Shown here: positions 1 through 8,618 of the stretch, piece by piece
How positions within the stretch are numbered: the first letter of the stretch is position 1
Layout of the letters: each line of letters opens with the position of its first letter
Source of the DNA: Owenweeksia sp.
Lineage (GTDB): Bacteria; Bacteroidota; Bacteroidia; Flavobacteriales; Schleiferiaceae
Assembly: GCA_028277105.1 (NCBI GenBank)
Contig: JANQHO010000017.1
Coordinates: 1 to 64,000, forward strand
DNA: 64,000 bases
Direction of reading: 5' to 3'
The notes under the pieces: model-generated
Told to the model about the DNA's origin: nothing
The model's database searches: none
What the model saw: the letters and a program-made list of their open reading frames with translations, nothing else
Made by a program: the position numbers and the translations under genes

Positions 1-295
1 ATACACTGGTAATAGTTCCAGGGAGGTAGAAACCGTTGATCTGCCCTGGCTGGTTCGTTACCGGGAAGAAGATATAGGTATATTAAAGCTGGATTGTGAG
101 GGTTGTGAAGCCAGTGTTTTGGAAGTTCTTGATGAAAAACTGGTAAAAAGATTTCCGAGGATAATACTGGAAACAATGCCGGCAGTATTCAGTGATAAGG
201 ATCTCGTTCGCTTTTTAGCATCACTAGGTTATAAAGTTGAAGAATTCCCAGGAATGATAAAAGCAGAATTAGGTATTCCTTTTTTGGGAAACTAA
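1..295 (+). CDS. 3-prime fragment of an FkbM-family methyltransferase gene (open at window start); translation ...ILKLDCEGCEASVLEVL...GN*
   Basis: In-frame translation ending at TAA 293-295 gives the LK(I/L)D(V/C)EG(A/C)E..VL motif typical of FkbM methyltransferases. Not in the ORF table because the 5-prime end is truncated. Confidence 0.45.
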   Translation, partial: YTGNSSREVETVDLPWLVRYREEDIGILKLDCEGCEASVLEVLDEKLVKRFPRIILETMPAVFSDKDLVRFLASLGYKVEEFPGMIKAELGIPFLGN

Positions 296-409
296 TCCTT
301 TTTGTGGAATTAAAATCAAAACAGTAAAACGCTAAGGTACTGTAAAGTAGATTTTTACGAAATTTGCGTTTAGTGGTATACGTATTGGGTATATAGCAAA
401 TAGTAAAAA

Positions 410-3400
410 ATGAACTACTTTAAGTTGAAAAAAAAACTACACATATTATTCATTCTGATAGTATCTATTCTTAGCACAACCTCGATTTTTGCGGAAGGTA
501 CTAAAGAACTGAGGCCCACCCAGGCTGATTTCGGGAAACTAAATCCATGGGATTGGGGAGGAGAATTTGCATCTTATAATGCGCCTCCCTCTAAACGGCT
601 TAATGTTAGAATTCATGATCATACTAAAGAAAGGATATATCTGGGCTTTAATGCTTTTTATGGGGGCTCTACTTACCTAAGGATAAAAGATCCTAATGGC
701 AATATAGTATTTGGGCCTTACCTGTTGCCAAAGAACCAGGGAGATAAAGGCTATATCCATACCTATGACGAAGCAGTGGCGGGACCCAATAAATACAATG
801 CGTCAGGTTATGTTCCTATCAATATAGAACCCTCTATGAATGGTGACTATTACATAGAACTCAACCGGGATTTGCCCAACACTAAAACGCAACCTCCAAT
901 AGGAGTGAGAGGAGGCCATATCTATGAATACTTTGATATTACAGTAGCAGATACCGTAAATAATGTGATTGAGAACGGAAGGGTTTGGGCCAATGTATGG
1001 GCTTTAACTACCGGTAACGGAGGAAACCCTTTTAATGCCAAACTCTATGTTTTAAGAGAAGACAGCATCCGCTTCGAGATCGATTATAACGGTATTGATC
1101 CATTTGGTTTTGGTATTATTTCCAATTCATACGGTATTACCGACACTGGCACTATTGCTCAAAACAGAATGAGTATAGACGACCAGTTTCAACAAGGTAC
1201 AGTACCTTATTCTCCCGAACACAAAATATTTCTCAATCCACCAGACACTAAAATATGGCCTTTTCCCAAAGTGCTTCCTTCTTTGGGCAACATCAATTCT
1301 GCATCTGTTGATCTGATCACCGGCTGCATAAGTATCGGTTACTGCGTCAATATTACAGCTACCAAGAAGGGTGAGGTTACTGTTGTGCTCGATCTTGATG
1401 GCACACCGGGATATCAGGCTGGTGGCAGGGACCGGCAAATTATAAGCCTGTTGGATGCGGGTAAGAATTGCGTTCCCTGGGATGGCTTTGATGGACTGGG
1501 AGATACCGCCCGATCAGCAGCTATCAGTATAAATTATCGCTATGAGTCCGGTTTTGTACATATTCCTATCTACGATGCGGAAAACCACCCGGCCGGTTAT
1601 GTTTTTACCCTGTTATCAAGCCCTACCCAAAAAGATACTTTAAAGTTGTACTGGGACGATTCTAATTTCAATTCCAATCCCGTTTCCAATAAAAATCTTA
1701 CCGGTTGTGCCTCCTTACCATGTCGGAACTGGATACAGAGTTATGGTAACGAACGCTTTCTGAACACCTGGGGCTTTGCTTACGAACAAAATATTAATCT
1801 GAGCAATGTACAGTTTGAGTTTTGTGCACCCAATATTGCTGATGACAGTGTGGTTGTTGACCAGGGACAAACAAAAGACTTCTTCCCTTTGCTCAACGAT
1901 GATCCCGGGGCATCAACCTTCGATCCCGGTTCCCTGCAAATTACTTGCCCTCCGCAAAATGGAATAGCCGTACTCAACTCTCCGGCTATTCGCTACACCC
2001 CTAATCCCACTTTTTTGGGAACCGACAGTATATGTTATTACATCTGCAATAATGAATTTCCTCCACAATGTGATACGGGGGTGATATATATAGAAGTAAA
2101 AGATATCAATTTACCACCAGACGGAGGTGATATAAACGGGCTTCCGGTGGTTAATGATACCTCTGCTGTAATTACACTAGCAGAAGATAGCAGTATACAA
2201 TTGTGCTTTAACTGGGTTGATAGTGATGGAGATAATATAACCCTGAGCTCACTTATCCAGGCACCGGCAAACGGTATTGCTACCAATATTGCAGGAGGGG
2301 ATTCTTGTTTTAACTATACCCCTGATCCGGATTATACGGGTAATGATACCATAGCAGTAGAGATATGCGATGATGGAACACCTGCTCCCCAGTGTGATAC
2401 TATTTACATTCCCATATTCGTAACACCCGTTAATGATAAACCTGATATTATTTCCGGTAATGGCATACCCGAAATAAGCGATACCATTACCGTTATTACT
2501 CTTAATGAGGATACACCTACCCAGGTGTGCCTGTCGCTCACCGATATTGACGGGGATAATCTCGATGTTAGCCAGGTACTGTTGAACCCTCAGCACGGAA
2601 GTATTAACAGTATCGGTACGGGCGATAGTTGTTTTACCTATAATCCCGCACCTGATTACAACGGCCCTGATATAATACAAGTATTGGCTTGTGATAACGG
2701 TAGTCCGGTATTGTGCGACTCTGTTTGGATAGAGTTTGATGTTTTGCCGGTTAACGATAAGCCCATTGCTAAAAACGATACTCTTTTCCTAGATCCCGGG
2801 ATGACGGGTGCCAAATTCGTAATGATCAACGACTCTGATCTGGAAACCAAGGTCAACCTCAGCATTACCATTGTAGGTAATCCTACTAAAGGCACGGCAG
2901 TAAAAGTGGGTGATAGCATCAGGTATACTCCTTTTCCAAGCTTTACCCTGGGATTAGATACAGTTATCTATGCTGTTTGTGATACCGGTGCCCCTGTTTT
3001 ATGCGATACGGCAATATTACTGATATCTGTACCTCTGAGTGATTTTCCCCCTGTAGCTAATGACGACTTTAGCAGTACTCCCGAGGACGTACCTGTTCTT
3101 ATCAATGTACTTAATAATGATTTTGATCCCAATTTGGACCCTGTAAGTGTTACTGTTTTGACCCCTCCGCAAAATGGAATGGTAACATTACAGGGAAACC
3201 AATTGCTTTACACTCCGGATTCACAGTTTAGTGGCAAAGACAGCCTTTCCTACACAGCTTGCGATACCACTATGCCGGTACCCTTATGCGATATGGCCTG
3301 GGTATTTATAGATGTTATCCCCATGCCCGATAATCCGGTTATTATCGATTCACTGGGCAACCCGGTTTCCAAATTGAACTATGTTATCAATGAAGATACC

Positions 3401-5275
3401 CCAACCCAGTTTTGTCTTGATGCCACCGATGCCGATGCCGGGCAGACCCTGGATGTTACCCAATGGATAGCGGCTTCCGGTAATGGAACGGTAAGTGGGC
3501 TTGGAAATAACGATACTTGTTTTACCTATACTCCCGATCTGAATTATAACGGAGTAGATTCTCTGCAGATAGTGGTTTGTGATAATGCCAGTCCGGCTGG
3601 CTGCGATACCGTCTGGGTTCAGATCGATATACTACCCGTTAATGACCCTCCGGTAGCGGTAAATGATTTTTACACGGTAGATGAGGATATTACCAGCACA
3701 TTATTGCCTCTGCCCAATGATTCGGATCTTTATGATCAAAGCCCTCTGGATATCTCCAGCCTGCAGATCATAGGAGGACCTTATAATGGTAATGCGATTG
3801 TTGTTGGTACGGACATAGCATACACTCCTAATCCCGGGTTTAATGGAACAGATAGTATCCGCTACATAATATGTGATACAGGAGTGCCTTTACCGTCACT
3901 ATGTGACACTGCGGTAATATTTATTACGGTGGATTTCATAAATGATCCTCCGGTAGCAGTAAATGATACCGTAGGGGCTAGGGACGGTATTCCTCAATTG
4001 ATCGATGTACTTAATAATGATTTTGACCCGGATAATGATCCACTCCAAATCACTGTTATAACCCCTCCTCAAAACGGTGTCGCCAATGATACCAATGGAG
4101 GAATAAGTTATACAGCTAACCTCGGGTATTGTGGATCAGATTCACTGCAATATGTAATTTGTGATACAGCGGCAATTGTTCAGTGCGATACAGCCTGGGT
4201 ATTTATCAGCGTTGAGCCATCAGATGATGATCAGGACAGCCTTAGTAATAACTATGAGACTCTCACCCGCAATACTGATGGAGATGTTTTAAACGATTAT
4301 TTGGATATTGACTCAGACAATGACGGTATCACCGATCTGATAGAATCCATTCCTATTGGCGATATCTGCAATCCTGTTGCTTTTGATTTTGATCAGGATA
4401 ATGTGCCCGACTATCGCGATCTGGACTCGGATAATGACGGTATCCCCGATTGGGCTGAAAGGAGTATTGATATTGTATCTCCCACGGGCTTAGATACCGA
4501 TGGTGATGGGATTGATGATGCTTATGATGCAGATAATGGTGGTTACCTGGAAGATAAGCCTATTGATTTTGACAATGATGGCTCTCCTGATTTCAGGGAT
4601 ATTGATACCGATGGCGATGGTATCCCCGATTGGCTGGAAGGAACAGATATACTGGTAGCTCCTACTGGTATAGATACTGATGGAGACGGTATAGACGATG
4701 CCTGGGATACTGATAATGGGGGAGTAGGGCTTTATGCCAATCCTGAAGATACCGATAAAGATGGTATCCCCGATTTCAGAGATTTGGATTCAGACGGTGA
4801 TCGTTTACCCGATATTATGGAAGCGGGGGGTGATGGTAAAAACCCTGTTGATACTGACGGAGATGGTATACCGGATTTCAGGGATATTGATTCCGACAAC
4901 GATGGTATTGACGATGAGAATGAAGGAAACGATCAGGATGACTGTGATGGGGATGGTATCCCTGACCGCTTGGATCCTGATGTATGTGATGTAGTTATTC
5001 CTCAGGGAATTTCGCCCAACGGAGATGGCAGTAATGATGCCTTTGTGATAGAAGGCTTACTAGATCGCTATCCCAACAATACACTGGAGGTATACAACCG
5101 CTGGGGTTATTTGGTATACAGCAAAAAACCCTACGACAACAGCTGGCAAGGTGAATCAAATAAAGATGCGGCCTTTGGAGAAGGCAAGTCGCTACCGGCC
5201 GGAACCTATTTCTATGTGTTGGATTTGGGAAATGGTACATCCCCGAAAACTGGATATTTATTGTTGAAACGCTAG
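410..5275 (+). CDS. Giant secreted T9SS cargo adhesin. Contains about 10 tandem Ig/cadherin-like approx 100-aa repeats with paired Cys, thrombospondin type-3-like Ca-binding repeats (DxDxDGxxDxxD), and a C-terminal gliding-motility-associated (type B) CTD.
   Basis: N-terminal signal peptide. Repeated blocks ...VNDxP...TxxED...CxDxDGD...YTPxxxxxGxDxxxYxxCDxGxPxxCDTA. DTDGDGIPDxxDxDSDNDGI repeats in aa ~1290-1540. The C-terminal ...ISPNGDGSNDAFVIEGL...EVYNRWGYLVYS...GTYFYVLDL... matches TIGR04131-type CTD. Confidence 0.8.
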   Translation: MNYFKLKKKLHILFILIVSILSTTSIFAEGTKELRPTQADFGKLNPWDWGGEFASYNAPPSKRLNVRIHDHTKERIYLGFNAFYGGSTYLRIKDPNGNIVFGPYLLPKNQGDKGYIHTYDEAVAGPNKYNASGYVPINIEPSMNGDYYIELNRDLPNTKTQPPIGVRGGHIYEYFDITVADTVNNVIENGRVWANVWALTTGNGGNPFNAKLYVLREDSIRFEIDYNGIDPFGFGIISNSYGITDTGTIAQNRMSIDDQFQQGTVPYSPEHKIFLNPPDTKIWPFPKVLPSLGNINSASVDLITGCISIGYCVNITATKKGEVTVVLDLDGTPGYQAGGRDRQIISLLDAGKNCVPWDGFDGLGDTARSAAISINYRYESGFVHIPIYDAENHPAGYVFTLLSSPTQKDTLKLYWDDSNFNSNPVSNKNLTGCASLPCRNWIQSYGNERFLNTWGFAYEQNINLSNVQFEFCAPNIADDSVVVDQGQTKDFFPLLNDDPGASTFDPGSLQITCPPQNGIAVLNSPAIRYTPNPTFLGTDSICYYICNNEFPPQCDTGVIYIEVKDINLPPDGGDINGLPVVNDTSAVITLAEDSSIQLCFNWVDSDGDNITLSSLIQAPANGIATNIAGGDSCFNYTPDPDYTGNDTIAVEICDDGTPAPQCDTIYIPIFVTPVNDKPDIISGNGIPEISDTITVITLNEDTPTQVCLSLTDIDGDNLDVSQVLLNPQHGSINSIGTGDSCFTYNPAPDYNGPDIIQVLACDNGSPVLCDSVWIEFDVLPVNDKPIAKNDTLFLDPGMTGAKFVMINDSDLETKVNLSITIVGNPTKGTAVKVGDSIRYTPFPSFTLGLDTVIYAVCDTGAPVLCDTAILLISVPLSDFPPVANDDFSSTPEDVPVLINVLNNDFDPNLDPVSVTVLTPPQNGMVTLQGNQLLYTPDSQFSGKDSLSYTACDTTMPVPLCDMAWVFIDVIPMPDNPVIIDSLGNPVSKLNYVINEDTPTQFCLDATDADAGQTLDVTQWIAASGNGTVSGLGNNDTCFTYTPDLNYNGVDSLQIVVCDNASPAGCDTVWVQIDILPVNDPPVAVNDFYTVDEDITSTLLPLPNDSDLYDQSPLDISSLQIIGGPYNGNAIVVGTDIAYTPNPGFNGTDSIRYIICDTGVPLPSLCDTAVIFITVDFINDPPVAVNDTVGARDGIPQLIDVLNNDFDPDNDPLQITVITPPQNGVANDTNGGISYTANLGYCGSDSLQYVICDTAAIVQCDTAWVFISVEPSDDDQDSLSNNYETLTRNTDGDVLNDYLDIDSDNDGITDLIESIPIGDICNPVAFDFDQDNVPDYRDLDSDNDGIPDWAERSIDIVSPTGLDTDGDGIDDAYDADNGGYLEDKPIDFDNDGSPDFRDIDTDGDGIPDWLEGTDILVAPTGIDTDGDGIDDAWDTDNGGVGLYANPEDTDKDGIPDFRDLDSDGDRLPDIMEAGGDGKNPVDTDGDGIPDFRDIDSDNDGIDDENEGNDQDDCDGDGIPDRLDPDVCDVVIPQGISPNGDGSNDAFVIEGLLDRYPNNTLEVYNRWGYLVYSKKPYDNSWQGESNKDAAFGEGKSLPAGTYFYVLDLGNGTSPKTGYLLLKR

Positions 5276-5279
5276 TAAG

Positions 5280-6191
5280 ATGAAGAAGATTTATGCTGTA
5301 ATATTATTATTGATCGCTGGCAATACCTACGCCCAGCAAGATCCCCAATTTACACAGTTCAGGGAAAACCTGCTGATTATTAACCCTGCCTATGCGGGTA
5401 GCCGCGGTGCTTTAACCTTAGCTATGATTCACCGTAGCCAATGGGTTGGGGTAGAAGGAGCGCCTACTACCCAAACTCTAACCGCGCATAGTCCTTTTTA
5501 CAATAATAAATTAGGTATTGGCCTTACTCTTTTTCACGACAAGATCGGAGTTAGCCGTACTACCGGACTTTTTAGTGATGTGGCAGGTCGCATAAAAGTA
5601 GGCGAGGCAAGTTATCTTTCTGCTGGTTTAAAGCTGGGTTTTAACTTTTTCCAATCAAACCTTTCAGAATTGCAATTGGATAATTCTAATGATAACTCTT
5701 TTCTGGAAAATGTATCCAGCTTGCAACCCAATGTTGGCTTTGGTTTGTATTACTATACCCCTGGCTTTTATGTTGGACTTTCTGTTCCTCGTATTCTTCA
5801 GCTCAAGTTGTTTGAGGAAGAGAGTATTGATGGACCAGTACTGCAAAAAAGGCACTTTTATGCCATGAGCGGTGCGGTTTTTTCGTTGAGCTCAAACATT
5901 AAATTCAGGCCTTCAGCTCTGGTAAAGGTAGTAGAAGCGGTTCCTCTGTCGGTTGACGTTGCCGGTTCTTTTATTTTTAACGATAAATTCTGGGTAGGCG
6001 GATATTATCGCCTTTCCGAGTCAACGGGACTTATCCTTAATTACAACTTTACTCCCCAGTTGCGTATGGGTTATTCCTATGATTACACTCTTACCGACCT
6101 GCAAACCTATAATTCAGGCTCCCATGAGATTAGCCTGATCTACGACTTTATCTACAACGCTAAAAAAATTCGTTCACCCCGCTATTTCTAA
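5280..6191 (+). CDS. PorP/SprF-family type IX secretion system membrane protein (partner of type-B CTD cargo)
   Basis: Signal peptide, then the DPQFTQF...NPAYAG signature and a beta-barrel-like C-terminus ending in F. Sits immediately downstream of a type-B CTD gene. Confidence 0.8.
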   Translation: MKKIYAVILLLIAGNTYAQQDPQFTQFRENLLIINPAYAGSRGALTLAMIHRSQWVGVEGAPTTQTLTAHSPFYNNKLGIGLTLFHDKIGVSRTTGLFSDVAGRIKVGEASYLSAGLKLGFNFFQSNLSELQLDNSNDNSFLENVSSLQPNVGFGLYYYTPGFYVGLSVPRILQLKLFEEESIDGPVLQKRHFYAMSGAVFSLSSNIKFRPSALVKVVEAVPLSVDVAGSFIFNDKFWVGGYYRLSESTGLILNYNFTPQLRMGYSYDYTLTDLQTYNSGSHEISLIYDFIYNAKKIRSPRYF

Positions 6192-8125
6192 TGAGGAATT
6201 TCATTGTACATATTACAGCGTTTGTCTTGATGTTGACTACTACCGTGACTTCGGCTCAGGGAGATATTCAAAAGGCCAATCGATACTTCAATAATTTCAA
6301 CTATCCCAAAGCAGTAGAGTATTATCACAGTGCCTTAGAGTCTTATCCGAAAAAGAAAAAACACATTACACAGAGGCTGGCCACCTCTTATCGCCTGATG
6401 CTTGACTTTAAAGAAGCAGCGAAATGGTATGGCAAATTGGTACAGCTCAAAAAAGTGAAACCAGTAAATTATTTTTTCTACGCTAAAATGCTGGAAAGTA
6501 ACGGAGAGTACGAAGCTGCCAAAGTTTGGTTTGAGAAATTCATCGAAGAACTACCTTCCGATAGCCGGGCCAGAAAGCACGAAAAATATTCTTTGGAAGA
6601 AATAACAAAACTGCTCGAGAAAAAAGACAATTACCAGATATATCCTATTAGTATTAACAGTGCTTACGATGATTTTAGCCCGGCTGTTTATGGTAACAAA
6701 GTGGTATTTGTAACTAACAGGGACAATAACCCAATGGTAAAAAGGGATTACGTTTGGGATAATCAACCCTTTCTGGATATATATGTATGTGACCAAACCG
6801 GAGATGGTGACCTGGCCGATCCTAATCCGGTAGACGATCTTAACAGCCCACATCACGAAGGTCCCATGACCTTTACCAGTGATCTAAAGCGTATATATTT
6901 TACCCGTAATTATACTACTTCTAACGGGAAACTGGTTAAGGGTATGAACAATACTACTAACCTGAAAATACTCACTGCCCAGGCCAGTGTTTCAGAAGAT
7001 GGTGATGAACATTGGATAAATATTGAATCTTTGCCTTTTAACTCCAAAGATTATGTTTGCCAACATCCGGCATTAACTCCTGATGATAAAAAATTGATTT
7101 TTGCTTCTGACAAGCCCGGAGGTTACGGGGGGATGGATTTATACGTGGTAGAACGTAACCTCTTGGGCTGGTCTAATCCCAAGAATCTCGGCCCGGAGAT
7201 CAATACCAGTGGAGATGAGGCTTTTCCCTATGTTTCACAATCGGGAGACCTGTACTTTGCCAGTAACGGTCACCTTGGCCTGGGAGGGTTGGATATTTTT
7301 AAAGCTAACCTTGTGAAAAAAAGTTATGCCAACGTTACTAATCTCGGTTATCCGGTCAACGACAGTAAAGATGATTTTGGTTTGGTAATCAACGAAGCCA
7401 ACAAGGTGGGGTATTTTTCATCTAATCGCGATGGAGGCAAAGGAAGGGATGATATTTACCGCTTTATAATTCTGGACAAGAAGAAAGAAGAAAAGAAAAA
7501 AGCCCTGGAAATACACGTTTATGACCAGGTAAGTGGAGAAGGATTAACTGACGCAGTGGTTAATATTTTTACCCAGGAGGGTAAGCTTATAGAGGCTATT
7601 CAAATGAACGATACAGGCTTTTATTTTGCCGGGCGTAACCAGTATGAAGGAGAGCTGAGGTTTATTGCCTCTTACCCCAACTACAGTACTTACCGTGAAG
7701 TGGTAGATATTGCTACTTTAACCGGAGACCGCCCCAGGATCGATTTGCCGCTTAATCAAGATTTGGGAAAAGTACTCAATATCAATCCCATCTATTTTAA
7801 TTACGACAAAGCCAATATCCGCCCGGATGCTGCGGTAGAGCTCAATAAAATTGTTAAGATCATGATGGAAAACCCCACTATGGTAATAGAGGTAGCCAGC
7901 CATACCGACAGCAGAGGAAACAATGCCTACAATTACAATCTGGCCCAACGCAGAGCCCGCAGTAGCCGAGAGTACATCATCGATCGCGGCATTTCTCCCG
8001 AAAGGATCTATGGCCAGGGTTATGGTGAACAGCAGCTAACTAATGAATGTGAAGACGGGGTAAAATGTTCCGAATCCAAGCACCAGCTCAACCGCAGAAC
8101 CGAGTTTCGCATCATTAAATTCTGA
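6191..8125 (+). CDS. OmpA-family protein (TPR plus TolB-like beta-propeller region plus C-terminal OmpA peptidoglycan-binding domain)
   Basis: The C-terminal NPIYFNYDKANIRPDA...LAQRRA...TEFRII is an OmpA_C motif. Its ATG overlaps the PorP stop (TAATG). This is the canonical cargo-PorP-OmpA triad. Confidence 0.8.
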   Translation: MRNFIVHITAFVLMLTTTVTSAQGDIQKANRYFNNFNYPKAVEYYHSALESYPKKKKHITQRLATSYRLMLDFKEAAKWYGKLVQLKKVKPVNYFFYAKMLESNGEYEAAKVWFEKFIEELPSDSRARKHEKYSLEEITKLLEKKDNYQIYPISINSAYDDFSPAVYGNKVVFVTNRDNNPMVKRDYVWDNQPFLDIYVCDQTGDGDLADPNPVDDLNSPHHEGPMTFTSDLKRIYFTRNYTTSNGKLVKGMNNTTNLKILTAQASVSEDGDEHWINIESLPFNSKDYVCQHPALTPDDKKLIFASDKPGGYGGMDLYVVERNLLGWSNPKNLGPEINTSGDEAFPYVSQSGDLYFASNGHLGLGGLDIFKANLVKKSYANVTNLGYPVNDSKDDFGLVINEANKVGYFSSNRDGGKGRDDIYRFIILDKKKEEKKKALEIHVYDQVSGEGLTDAVVNIFTQEGKLIEAIQMNDTGFYFAGRNQYEGELRFIASYPNYSTYREVVDIATLTGDRPRIDLPLNQDLGKVLNINPIYFNYDKANIRPDAAVELNKIVKIMMENPTMVIEVASHTDSRGNNAYNYNLAQRRARSSREYIIDRGISPERIYGQGYGEQQLTNECEDGVKCSESKHQLNRRTEFRIIKF

Positions 8126-8171
8126 AATTCCAAAAAATTATTTCCTCATTTTTATGAATGGTTTTTTCGTG

Positions 8172-8179
8172 TATATTTG
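8172..8179 (+). promoter_or_regulatory. Candidate Bacteroidetes sigma-A -7 element (TAtaTTTG) upstream of tRNA-Val
   Basis: Exact match to the TAnnTTTG consensus about 28 bp upstream of the tRNA 5-prime end. The -33 TTTG partner is not clear. Confidence 0.3.
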
Positions 8180-8206
8180 CCCTCCCTTTTTGAGGGGTAT
8201 ATAAAT

Positions 8207-8281
8207 GGGCGATTAGCTCAGCTGGTTCAGAGCACCTGCCTTACAAGCAGGGGGTCACTGGTTCGAATCCAGTATCGCCCA
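8207..8281 (+). tRNA. tRNA-Val (anticodon TAC)
   Basis: Cloverleaf read by hand: acceptor GGGCGAT/ATCGCCC, D-arm GCTC..GAGC, anticodon stem CCTGC/GCAGG with loop CTTACAA, T-arm ACTGG TTCGAAT CCAGT, discriminator A. CCA is not encoded. Confidence 0.85.
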
Positions 8282-8292
8282 CAAAAGAAATC

Positions 8293-8324
8293 AACCCGGC
8301 TCACAGATGTGAGCCGGGTTTTTT
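8293..8324 (+). terminator. Rho-independent terminator after tRNA-Val and the cargo-PorP-OmpA operon
   Basis: Hairpin acccggctcac-agat-gtgagccgggt followed by a T-run. Confidence 0.7.
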
Positions 8325-8446
8325 CATGGAATGCAGCGTTGAAACGAATGTTTCAGAAAGCGAAAATCCATGAAAAAACCGAGGGCGGAGCGTGCGGGTT
8401 GCTTTTATGCTTGGGTACCAGGGCCTCTAAACCTGGATCATACAAT

Positions 8447-8464
8447 AATCCAGTATCGCCCACA
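8447..8464 (+). repeat. 18-bp perfect direct repeat of the tRNA-Val 3-prime end (aatccagtatcgcccaca; other copy at 8266-8283). Candidate att-site scar or degenerate pseudo-tRNA remnant.
   Basis: Exact 18/18 identity with the T-arm plus acceptor 3-prime half of the upstream tRNA. The sequence preceding it (8383-8446) has a tRNA-like acceptor start (gggcgga) but no proper cloverleaf. Confidence 0.7.
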
Positions 8465-8618
8465 CTGAAAACCAAAAGATTAAAGCCGAGAAATTTTCTC
8501 GGCTTTAATTTTTTATATCTGCATTACAAAGTAATCTATAGGACTGTGAGTCTCCCAGTGGACAAGTTTATTACCACACCACCACAATAAATCTGGTACA
8601 GAAGGTTAGAATAACAAT

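Noticed and set aside
4734-5240. Internal ORFs 4734-4994 (+) and 4995-5240 (-) and other short antisense ORFs inside large genes (for example 1127-2919 and 14047-16781)
   Set aside because: They are embedded in or antisense to long, well-supported CDSs and have no independent signals.
8266-8464. Possibility that the tRNA 3-prime-end direct repeats delimit an intact integrated element or prophage
   Set aside because: Only 163 bp lie between the repeats, and no integrase or phage genes are nearby. It is treated as a scar or remnant rather than a live element.
8177-8590. 137-aa six-frame ORF on the plus strand
   Set aside because: It runs straight through tRNA-Val(TAC), its terminator and the tRNA 3-prime-end duplicate. 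Its translation is tRNA-encoded low-information sequence, so it is spurious.
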